Source: Candidatus Woesearchaeota archaeon (GTDB lineage Archaea > Nanobdellota > Nanobdellia > SCGC-AAA011-G17 > PNOQ01). Taken from it: a stretch of 64,000 bases of DNA. Positions 34,522-42,428 of the stretch are shown in pieces. A model generated the notes under the pieces. That model made no database searches. It saw only the letters and a list, made by a program, of their open reading frames with translations, and was not told the origin of the DNA. The translations under genes and the position numbers were made by a program. Location of the stretch: the NCBI GenBank assembly GCA_964344655.1, contig CAYFOF010000003.1:428-64427 (forward strand). Reading direction: 5' to 3'. Positions within the stretch are counted from its first letter, which is position 1, and every line of letters begins with the position of its first letter.

Positions 34522-35690
34522 TTTTCTAAATCCTCCTTTGTTAATGTTACTGGAGACATTCCTCTTAATCTTTCGATTATTGGAGGAATTTCTTTTAGTA
34601 CATAATCTAAATCTTTTTTTGTTGTGTATTTGCTTAGAGAAAATCTTATACTTCCATGTGCCATTTCATATGGTTGACCCATTGCTAAAATTACATGACT
34701 TGGATCTAAAGATTTAGAAGTGCATGCACTTCCAGAAGATGCGTAAATTCCTTTTTCATTTAACATTAATAATATTGCTTCTCCTTCAATGTTTAGGAAG
34801 GTTATGTTTGCATTATTTGGAAGTCTTTGTCTTGGATCTCCATTTAGGAAAGTGTTTTCTAATTTTAATAATTCTTGAATAAAGTAATCTCTTAGTGGCG
34901 TTAATTCTTTTGTGTATCTTTCTCTGTTTCTTTGTGCTAGATCTAGTGCTTCAGCAAATCCAACAATTGCTGGAACGTTTTCAGTTCCGCTTCTTAGTTT
35001 GTGTTCTTGTCCACCGCCGTGAATTAAAGTTTCTAATCTTATTTTTTTATTTCTGTATAGAACTCCAACTCCCTTTGGACCGTATAGTTTGCTGGAATTT
35101 AAACTCATCATATCTACTCCAAGATCTTGGACGTCTAATGATTCAGAGTTTCCAGCTTGACATGCATCTGTGTGGAACGTTATGCCGTTTTCTCTAGCTA
35201 TTTGAGAAATTTCTCTTATTGGTTGTATTGTCCCGACTTCATTATTAGCATACATTATTGAAATTAATGAAGTATTTTCAGTTATTGCTTCTTTTACTTT
35301 AATTGGATCAACTATTCCTTCTTTTCCGACTGGGATGTAGGTTACTTCAAACCCTTGAGACTCTAAATAATCTAATGTTTCTAGTACTGCATGATGTTCG
35401 ATTGAGCTTGTGATTATGTGACTTCCTTTTTTCTTATTTTTATTTACAAATCCTTTTATTGCTAAGTTTATACTTTCTGTTCCGGAACTTGTGAAAATAA
35501 TTTCTTCTAATTTACAGTTTAATGTTGTTGCAACTTTTTTTCTTGCTTCATCTAGAGCTTGATTTGCTTGGAATCCTAAATTATGCATGCTTCCAGGATT
35601 TCCATATTGATCTTCTAAATAAGGTTGCATAGCTTTCAATACTTCTGGATCAATTTGTGTTGTTGAGGAAGTGTCTAGATAGATATTCAT
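34518..35690 (-). CDS. iscS: Cysteine desulfurase (IscS/NifS class V aminotransferase)
   Basis: PLP-lysine region SLNSSKLYGPKGVGVLY; active-site loop SSGSACTS; start trimmed to MNIYLDTSSTTQ. The track's 5' extension encodes an implausible R/K-rich leader and would engulf the upstream gene. Confidence 0.85.
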   Translation of the reverse strand: MNIYLDTSSTTQIDPEVLKAMQPYLEDQYGNPGSMHNLGFQANQALDEARKKVATTLNCKLEEIIFTSSGTESINLAIKGFVNKNKKKGSHIITSSIEHHAVLETLDYLESQGFEVTYIPVGKEGIVDPIKVKEAITENTSLISIMYANNEVGTIQPIREISQIARENGITFHTDACQAGNSESLDVQDLGVDMMSLNSSKLYGPKGVGVLYRNKKIRLETLIHGGGQEHKLRSGTENVPAIVGFAEALDLAQRNRERYTKELTPLRDYFIQELLKLENTFLNGDPRQRLPNNANITFLNIEGEAILLMLNEKGIYASSGSACTSKSLDPSHVILAMGQPYEMAHGSIRFSLSKYTTKKDLDYVLKEIPPIIERLRGMSPVTLTKEDLEK

Positions 35691-35887
35691 TTTATTATTT
35701 GGTTTAGTTTTTTTATTGTTGATTCTATTTCTTTGTTGTTTTTTCCGTGGGATTTTAGTCCTTGTTCTATTGTTTCGAAACCTGCTGCGAAACATCCGAT
35801 GCAATGAAATCCAATACTCAATAAATAGTCTGCTGTTTCTGGATATTTTGAAATGCACTCTCCAATTATCATATCTTTAGTTATCAT
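35687..35887 (-). CDS. Small CxxC redox-disulfide protein (DUF1858-like, hybrid-cluster-protein-associated redox disulfide family)
   Basis: 66 aa with GFHCIGC motif; 4-nt ATGA overlaps on both sides within the isc operon. Confidence 0.55.
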   Translation of the reverse strand: MITKDMIIGECISKYPETADYLLSIGFHCIGCFAAGFETIEQGLKSHGKNNKEIESTIKKLNQIIK

Positions 35888-36231
35888 TTTTCAAAACAAA
35901 GATTGCAATTTTCTGGAATGCAATCATATTCTCGATGAATATCACAAATTGTATGAGTTTCTTTGATTATTTTTGTTAGTCTTAGTAATTCTGGTTGTGC
36001 CGTAAACCTATTTTTTATTATTCTATTTTTTGAAATTTCAATTTCTTTTTTTAGATTTAATTTTGTTTGTCCTCGTTTTTCTTTTAGATATTGAGAAACG
36101 GCGGCAGGAGTTATGTTTAATATTGAGGCTATTTCTTTTTGTTTTAGATCTTTAGATAAAGCTAAAGCTAATTCTCTTCTTAGTGCAGGAAGTATATATC
36201 TTACTTCAATTTCTTGGGGCATAAGTTTCAT
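35884..36231 (-). CDS. HTH transcriptional regulator with C-terminal four-Cys cluster (candidate Fe-S/redox-sensing regulator of the isc operon)
   Basis: Helix-turn-helix KQKEIASILNITPAAVSQYL; C-terminal CDIHREYDCIPENCNLC. First gene of the four-gene overlapping operon. Confidence 0.55.
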   Translation of the reverse strand: MKLMPQEIEVRYILPALRRELALALSKDLKQKEIASILNITPAAVSQYLKEKRGQTKLNLKKEIEISKNRIIKNRFTAQPELLRLTKIIKETHTICDIHREYDCIPENCNLCFEK

Positions 36232-36271
36232 AAGAAAAAGTTAACAATAGTTTATTTATAAAGTTTATGGA

Positions 36272-36508
36272 TTATATTATTTGTTTATTATTCTTTAAAT
36301 CAACTATATTGATTGCATTGGTTGGACAGGTTTTTGCTGCCTTTAGGGCTTTTTCTAATTCATCTTTAGAAATTTCTAAGATATTTTCTTTACTTCCTTT
36401 TAGAATTGGTTTTTCAGAATTTCCTTTTATGAATTTTTTATATATCTCTGTACAAAGCAATGTACCCATACAGGTTTCTTCATCGAATATTATTTTGTAG
36501 TCTTTCAT
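36272..36508 (-). CDS. Single-cluster [4Fe-4S] ferredoxin-like protein (Fer4_13/DUF1271 type)
   Basis: CMGTLLC...CP spacing (CxGxxxC plus distal CP). 78 aa. The plus-strand ORF 36267..36500 is rejected. Confidence 0.5.
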   Translation of the reverse strand: MKDYKIIFDEETCMGTLLCTEIYKKFIKGNSEKPILKGSKENILEISKDELEKALKAAKTCPTNAINIVDLKNNKQII

Positions 36509-37884
36509 TTTTTATGCATATGTTGGGCAGTAATATTTATTCCCTTTCCTGGTAGGGAAGATATTGCTTGTACAAATAATTTTTTGGAATCTACTTCTTC
36601 ATGTTCTTCTATATCTTTTAATCTTGGAAGGAAAAATAGTGAAATTGCTAGTCTTAATATTCCTCCAATTAAGAATATTGGCATGTATTGAGAGAAGAAT
36701 ACGTTTGATAAGATAGTATTTGATGTGAAATCTACATTTTGGAATAATTTAATTAGTCCTGCACCAGCTATACTTCCTAAGAATGTGAAGGTTCCAACCA
36801 TTAGATTGAAATATGATTTTGAAGTTACCCTTTTATCTGGATGAGTAACTTCAAGCATGAAATTGAATGAAGATAACATAAATCCAGACATTGTGAAACC
36901 AGCATAAATTTGTATTAATACTGCACCAATTAAATCTCTAGGTATCATCCATAGTATTGGGTTTATGGTCATCATTATACCAGTTAGTTTTAGTATTGGT
37001 AAAGCACCGTATCTATCAGATAGTTTTCCCCAGATGATAAAAAATATCATTTGCACTATTAAGAATGCGGCAGTAGAAATTGTATATTGGAAATATGTGA
37101 AATTTAAAGATTTTAATAAATTAGCAACAATATATGGGGCTGAAAGATATAATGCAAAACTCATAAATGCTAAGTAAAGTACTAACGTATTGAAATGACC
37201 TTTTTTGAATCTTTTTTTAAAATGATATAAGAAATCTTTAATTCTAAATTCATTTTCGGAATCTACTTTTAATGGGGGTTCGTATTGTTTGGTTAAAAAT
37301 GCTGCAGAGAAAAATCTAGCAACTAATGCTAACCCAAATATAATTGCAAATCCTAAAAATTCATTTCCTAAAGTTCCCTTTGCGTATGTTAAAATTAAAC
37401 CACCAATAACAAATGAAGCAAATAAAGCAAATGCAGTAACTAAACTTCTTCTTCCGAAAAACCTTCCTCTAACTTCTTTTGGTACTAAATCGGCAACCCA
37501 GCTAGTCCATATTGCATTTGTCATCAATCCAAATACCCAATAGAGAGTTACGAAAAATATTAAACTTGAAACATTCCCTTTGGTTAAAAAGTAAGTTAAT
37601 ATTATTGGTATCCAGATTAATCCCTGGATTGCGGCGAAAGTTACTGTCGCATGTCTTCTTGTCCGCATTTTATGCATTAATTTTACAGAATATAATTGAG
37701 CAATTGAAGCAATTAAAATTGGGAATGTTGCAACTAAAGCTAGTTGTAAATCAGATGCTGCTAAGAAAATTGCGTATGCTAAAAGGTAGTGTTCTCCTAT
37801 CCCAAGCATTGCAGAATGTGCTGCTCCATCTAGAATAGAATATTTCAAACCAGATCTTACTTTTTTGGTTAATCTCTCTTGCAT
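36505..37884 (-). CDS. Major facilitator superfamily transporter
   Basis: Twelve hydrophobic helices; 459 aa; 4-nt overlap with the ferredoxin gene. Confidence 0.75.
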   Translation of the reverse strand: MQERLTKKVRSGLKYSILDGAAHSAMLGIGEHYLLAYAIFLAASDLQLALVATFPILIASIAQLYSVKLMHKMRTRRHATVTFAAIQGLIWIPIILTYFLTKGNVSSLIFFVTLYWVFGLMTNAIWTSWVADLVPKEVRGRFFGRRSLVTAFALFASFVIGGLILTYAKGTLGNEFLGFAIIFGLALVARFFSAAFLTKQYEPPLKVDSENEFRIKDFLYHFKKRFKKGHFNTLVLYLAFMSFALYLSAPYIVANLLKSLNFTYFQYTISTAAFLIVQMIFFIIWGKLSDRYGALPILKLTGIMMTINPILWMIPRDLIGAVLIQIYAGFTMSGFMLSSFNFMLEVTHPDKRVTSKSYFNLMVGTFTFLGSIAGAGLIKLFQNVDFTSNTILSNVFFSQYMPIFLIGGILRLAISLFFLPRLKDIEEHEEVDSKKLFVQAISSLPGKGINITAQHMHKK

Positions 37885-37940
37885 AAGTAGAAAATTGGAT
37901 TATATTTTTATAAATTTAACTGAAAAAAAGAAAAAAAGAT

Positions 37941-38234
37941 TTAGAAGTCGTCTTCTTCTTCATCTAAGTCTTGAGGTTCTTCAGAAGGTTCTTCTTCTTT
38001 TGGTTCTTCCTCTTCTGCTGGTTCCTCTTCTTTTTCTTCTGATTCTTCTTCGGAAGGTTCTTCCTCTTCTGCTGGTTCTTCAGATTCTTCTTCAGAACTT
38101 TCTTCTTCTCCAGATTCTTCTTCAGTTGACTCTTCAGATTCTTCTTCAGAATCTTCGGATTCTTCAGTAGTAGGTTCTTCAGTAGTTTCTTCTTCTTTAG
38201 TTTCTTCTAAATTTTCGTTCATGTTTTCTTCCAT
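37941..38234 (-). CDS. Extremely acidic Glu/Ser/Pro-rich low-complexity protein (97 aa)
   Basis: About 60% Glu plus Asp with repeated EEESEE/EPAEEEEP units. Has an ATG and stop; the underlying DNA is GAAGAA-type simple sequence. Confidence 0.45.
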   Translation of the reverse strand: MEENMNENLEETKEEETTEEPTTEESEDSEEESEESTEEESGEEESSEEESEEPAEEEEPSEEESEEKEEEPAEEEEPKEEEPSEEPQDLDEEEDDF

Positions 38235-38326
38235 TTTATAATCTACCTCCGTTGATAATGATTAGACATTGTTTTGTTTTATAAAGATTTTGTAAATAAA
38301 AAAGATATATAGAAAAAAAGAAAAAT

Positions 38327-39121
38327 TTAGGATTTATCCCAAACTAATCCAAATAAGTTATCTAATGCTCCTGCAAAGTATGGTGCATCTACCCAAATTC
38401 CTAAATCATACGTTGGGTGTACATCTTTATCATCCATTACCATGAACATTACTTCTTTTCCGTCAACTATACAAAATCTTGCATCTAGGTTATTTATTCC
38501 TTTTAATTTTGCAAATTTTTTGACATCTTTTACTTGTTCGTGGTCTGCTCCTTCGGTTGGAGCGGCAATTCTAACTTTTACACCTTTTCTGCTTAGCTTA
38601 GAAAGAGTTGGTTGAAGTGCTTCAACTTTTCTTAGAACACCTTTTGAAGTAGTCATTATTGTTACAGAATCATTTGCTCTTTTGATCATTGTTTCTAAGT
38701 GATCGTAGATATTATGTCTTCCTTTTATTGCACCAGAAAGATCTGCTGGTTCAACGTATTCAACACCTTGGCTGAATAAAGTATTTAATTCTGTTAGAAC
38801 ATCATTATTGTTTAAGTCTTTTAGTTTTTGTAAGTTTTTGTCTGCATCTAATTTTACAGATTTTTTTAATCTTTCAACAACTTCTTTTGGTTCAACTGCT
38901 AAATATTGTATTGGTTTTCCAACTTTCAATGTAACGAAACCTTTCTTTTCTAAAGATTCTAGAACATCGTAAGCTCTTGATCTTGGAACTTCACCAATTT
39001 CAGAAAGTTCTCCAGCTGTTGATTTTCCCCTCGATAACAAGGCTGTCCAGATTCTAACCTCATATAAATTAAGTCCAAAAAATTGTCTCAGTTTTGTAAG
39101 AAACTCATCTTTAACTATCAT
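38327..39121 (-). CDS. TrmB-family transcriptional regulator
   Basis: N-terminal winged helix LYEVRIWTALLSRGKSTAGELSEIGEVPRSRAYDVLESLEKKGFV plus a C-terminal TrmB-type domain. 264 aa. Confidence 0.75.
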   Translation of the reverse strand: MIVKDEFLTKLRQFFGLNLYEVRIWTALLSRGKSTAGELSEIGEVPRSRAYDVLESLEKKGFVTLKVGKPIQYLAVEPKEVVERLKKSVKLDADKNLQKLKDLNNNDVLTELNTLFSQGVEYVEPADLSGAIKGRHNIYDHLETMIKRANDSVTIMTTSKGVLRKVEALQPTLSKLSRKGVKVRIAAPTEGADHEQVKDVKKFAKLKGINNLDARFCIVDGKEVMFMVMDDKDVHPTYDLGIWVDAPYFAGALDNLFGLVWDKS

Positions 39122-39238
39122 ATATATACCCCTCCGTTTAAGGAAACCCCCTTTTTTAGTTTATTACTAATGAATAACATAAACTATTATCAAATGGTGA
39201 TTGAACAGTATATAAATATTATTGTAATGAAGTAGTAG

Positions 39239-40996
39239 TTATTTTACTTTGTGTTGAGAAATAAATATTTTTTTTACTTTTGTTATATCGTCGATATCTG
39301 TGAATCCTAAATCTTTTCTTATGTTTACTACTTTTGGAAATCTTAAAGCATAACCTGATTTGTAAGTTGGAGATTTTTGTATTTCTTCATATCCTATCTC
39401 TAAAATTATTTTTGGTTTTAATATAACGTGTTTTCCTTTTTCTTCTTTTATCAAAGGTTTAAGTTCTTTTGTTAATGATTCAAAGGTTATGTCTGCATCT
39501 TTTTCAGAAATTCCAGTTCCAACCTTTCCAATTGTGAAGAGTTCATTTTTATCTCTGCATGATAGAGTAAAAGAAGCTAACCATTTTGAACGTTTTCCCT
39601 CTCCCCAATCAGCTTCGGTGATTACTAAGTCTAGAGTTTCTTTTATTGGTTTTAGTTTTACCCATCCTCCAACTCTTCTTCCGGGGATATATTTTGCTTC
39701 TAAGTTTTTTATCATGATTCCTTCATTTCCTTCTTTTAGGGATTTTTTGTAGAACTCTTCCATTTCTTTTTTTGATTTTGTTATTAGTTTTTTTGTAATT
39801 ACGATTTTTGTTTTTTCTTGCTTTACTGATTTTTCTAAAATTTCTCTTCTTTCTTTTTGTGCTAAATGTAGTAAAGCTTCTCCTTCTTTATTTAAGATGT
39901 CAAAAATTTGTATTTCTACAGGGAGTTTTTCTGCAGTTCTTTCTATGTTATATTTTCTTTTTATTCTTTGAGAAATATGTTGGAAAGGCAAGTGTTTTTT
40001 TGTTTCTGGGTCGTACCCAACTAGTTCGGCGTCTAAAATTGTATTTTTTAATTTTATATTTGATTTTATTATTGGAAGAATTTCTTTGAATTGATTTGTT
40101 ATGTTTTCTAATCTACGTGTGAATAGTGTTATTTTATCTTCTTCTTTGTGAATTTGTAATCGGAACCCATCTAGTTTATCTTCTACTAATGCTGGAACTC
40201 CAACTGCTTCAAATGCTTCTTCTGGTGATTCTATTCTTACTGCAAGCATTGGATTTATTGGTTTTCCAATTTGCATTTTTAGAGATTTTAGATTATTCTT
40301 TTTTGCTGCTTTAGCTACTTCTGCAAAATCATTTGTTAAGTTATATGCTTCTTCTATTTGTTTTACTTGTTTATTGTATTCTTCTCTGGCTTCTTTTTCT
40401 GAGGATTTTTCTATGGTTTTGAATCCTTCTTCGTCGTTGATTCCTTTTATTCTAGGGAAATATGTGTAAACTATGGCATCTCTGATTACTCCATCTTTAA
40501 CTCCGATTCTTAAATCTTCAATTACAGTTCTTGCAATGAATTTTGCTTCATTAGTTTCTGCAGAAGTTAATAATTCTGTTATGTATTGAATTTTTTTAGT
40601 TACAGTTCCTTGTCCTTCAAGTTCAGAAAGTTTTTGTATATTTTCGAATACTTTTTCTACTGTTAATTTTGTTTTGAATAATGAAGTTTGTTTTGATTTT
40701 TTTATTAACTTTTCAACTACTATGCCTAAATCTCCTTCTCTTGCCCATTCTCTTTCTATTTTAGAGATTGTTTCCCCGGTTGAAGAATTAATTGCTTTTA
40801 GAACTAATCTTGATGACATTCCGGTTTTTCTTTCATCCCATTTTGGAAAAACTTTTCCTTGAAGTAAATATATTATTTTATCTAGTAAATTTTCTGGAGT
40901 TTCTTTTAGTAATCTAGAAATTATTTTTGTTTTTTCTAACCTTTTCGTTGTTTTTTCTAGTTTCTCATAGGTTTCAACTAATTTAGAATAATCCAT
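39239..40996 (-). CDS. lig: ATP-dependent DNA ligase
   Basis: Motif I EDKLDGFR (KxDGxR), motif III/IV EGIMIKN, motif V WVKLK. 585 aa with N-terminal DNA-binding, adenylation and OB domains. Confidence 0.9.
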   Translation of the reverse strand: MDYSKLVETYEKLEKTTKRLEKTKIISRLLKETPENLLDKIIYLLQGKVFPKWDERKTGMSSRLVLKAINSSTGETISKIEREWAREGDLGIVVEKLIKKSKQTSLFKTKLTVEKVFENIQKLSELEGQGTVTKKIQYITELLTSAETNEAKFIARTVIEDLRIGVKDGVIRDAIVYTYFPRIKGINDEEGFKTIEKSSEKEAREEYNKQVKQIEEAYNLTNDFAEVAKAAKKNNLKSLKMQIGKPINPMLAVRIESPEEAFEAVGVPALVEDKLDGFRLQIHKEEDKITLFTRRLENITNQFKEILPIIKSNIKLKNTILDAELVGYDPETKKHLPFQHISQRIKRKYNIERTAEKLPVEIQIFDILNKEGEALLHLAQKERREILEKSVKQEKTKIVITKKLITKSKKEMEEFYKKSLKEGNEGIMIKNLEAKYIPGRRVGGWVKLKPIKETLDLVITEADWGEGKRSKWLASFTLSCRDKNELFTIGKVGTGISEKDADITFESLTKELKPLIKEEKGKHVILKPKIILEIGYEEIQKSPTYKSGYALRFPKVVNIRKDLGFTDIDDITKVKKIFISQHKVK

Positions 40997-41073
40997 GGTT
41001 TTTGATTATTTATTTTAGATATAAAAGTTTTGGTTAGGAAATGTTTATATAGTATTTTTGTATTGTTTTTATT

Positions 41074-41475
41074 ATGGATTGTATTTTTTGTAAGATTGTG
41101 AAGGGAGAAGTTCCTTGTAATAAAGTTTATGAGGATGATGAAGTTTTTGCTTTTTTAGATATTAATCCTGTTTCTGCTGGACATACTTTAGTTATTCCTA
41201 AAGAACATTATGAAAATATTTACGATATTCCTGAAGAAGTATTAGGGAAAATTGCAATTGTTGCCAAAAGATTGGCTTTAGTTTATCGAGATAAATTGGG
41301 GATTGAAAATGTTAATATTTTAAATTCTAATGGATCTGCTGCACAGCAAGATGTGTTTCATTATCATATGCATATTATTCCAAGAAGAAAAGGAGATGGG
41401 ACATTATTTAAATGGAATAAGGAAGAAGTTGATTTTGATGCTTTTTTGAAAAAGTTGGGAGAAGTAAAAATATGA
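41074..41475 (+). CDS. HIT-family nucleotide hydrolase
   Basis: Histidine triad FHYHMHIIP; 133 aa. Confidence 0.85.
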   Translation: MDCIFCKIVKGEVPCNKVYEDDEVFAFLDINPVSAGHTLVIPKEHYENIYDIPEEVLGKIAIVAKRLALVYRDKLGIENVNILNSNGSAAQQDVFHYHMHIIPRRKGDGTLFKWNKEEVDFDAFLKKLGEVKI

Positions 41476-41999
41476 AAAAAATTATCCAAGGATTAAGTGT
41501 TACTAAGAATTATTTAGATAAAAAAATTAAATGGGATAAATTAACTGAAATTTTAGATGCTATAAGATATGCTCCAAGTTCTGGAGATTTACAAAATTGG
41601 AAAGTTGTTGTTGTGGATGATTTAGAAACTAAAAAAGAATTAGCTAAGTTTTCTTATGATCAAACATGGATTGCAAAATCTTCTGTTGTTTTGGTTATTT
41701 GTAATGATCAGTCTGAAGTTAAAAGGATGTTTAAGAATAAAGCGGATTTTTATTCTACACAAAATTGTGCAGCGGGAATTCAAAATATGTTACTGAGAGC
41801 TACATCTTTAGGAATTGATAGTGCGTGGATTAGAACATATAACGCCGATAGAATTAAAGGATTGTTAAAAATTCCTGAAGATATAAAGATTGACGCTTTG
41901 ATTACTTTGGGTTATGCAAAAAAAAGAGAAAGTAAAGCAAGAGTCAATGAATTAAAAAATATTGTTTATTTTAGAGAGTGGGGAAAGAGTGAGTTATAA
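41472..41999 (+). CDS. Nitroreductase-family protein
   Basis: AIRYAPSSGDLQNWKVVVV and a flavin-binding-like C-terminal half; 175 aa; 4-nt overlap with the HIT gene. Confidence 0.75.
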   Translation: MKKIIQGLSVTKNYLDKKIKWDKLTEILDAIRYAPSSGDLQNWKVVVVDDLETKKELAKFSYDQTWIAKSSVVLVICNDQSEVKRMFKNKADFYSTQNCAAGIQNMLLRATSLGIDSAWIRTYNADRIKGLLKIPEDIKIDALITLGYAKKRESKARVNELKNIVYFREWGKSEL

Positions 42000-42428
42000 T
42001 CCGGTAGAACCGAAATTGTTTTCTCCTCTTTCTGTTTCATCTAATTCTTGAACTTCTTCAATTGGAAAATGATTTGCAACTGGTTGTATTAGTATTTGAG
42101 CAATTCTCATTCCTTTTTCTACTTTAAATATTTCACTTCCTAAATTCTTTACTACAATTCCAACTTCTCCTCGATAATGAGAATCTATTACTCCTGCCAT
42201 AATATGTATTGCATTTTTGTAAGCTAAACCACTTCTGTCCCAAATTAAGCCAACATGATTATTTGGAATGTCCATCTTTAATCCAGTTTTTACTAATCTA
42301 TGTTCTCCGGGATGAATTTCATAATCTTCTACTGAAGATAAATCTAAACCCGCATCTCCTTGTTTTGCAAATTTTGGTATTATTGCGTCATCATGTATTT
42401 TTTTGAATTTTATTTTCATCCTCCGCAC
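41994..42428 (-). CDS. dut: dUTP diphosphatase (dCTP deaminase/dUTPase superfamily)
   Basis: GDAGLDL motif plus beta-rich trimeric dUTPase-like sequence; 144 aa; overlaps the 3' end of the RNR gene. Confidence 0.8.
   Translation of the reverse strand: MRRMKIKFKKIHDDAIIPKFAKQGDAGLDLSSVEDYEIHPGEHRLVKTGLKMDIPNNHVGLIWDRSGLAYKNAIHIMAGVIDSHYRGEVGIVVKNLGSEIFKVEKGMRIAQILIQPVANHFPIEEVQELDETERGENNFGSTGL

Noticed and set aside
35691-35858. Track N-terminal extension of IscS (MHFKISRNSRLF…KPNNK)
   Set aside because: It has an R/K/N-rich low-complexity composition. It is also read in another frame as a convincing 66-aa CxxC protein with ATGA coupling. The IscS core begins at MNIYLDTSST, where PLP-enzyme homology starts.
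36267-36500. Plus-strand ORF overlapping the ferredoxin-like gene
   Set aside because: The minus-strand frame has the CxGxxxC…CP ferredoxin spacing and a 4-nt coupling with the downstream MFS gene. The plus-strand ORF is hydrophobic low-complexity.
37865-38170. Plus-strand Leu-rich ORF across the acidic-repeat DNA
   Set aside because: It is a simple-sequence artefact (CTT/CTC repeats giving poly-Leu). The minus-strand acidic ORF is at least bracketed by plausible start and stop and intergenic spacing. Both could be non-coding.
37941-38234. Possibility that the GAAGAA-rich repeats are a CRISPR array or satellite
   Set aside because: The repeats are short (6-24 nt), degenerate and in-frame. 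There are no unique spacers of constant length and no cas genes.
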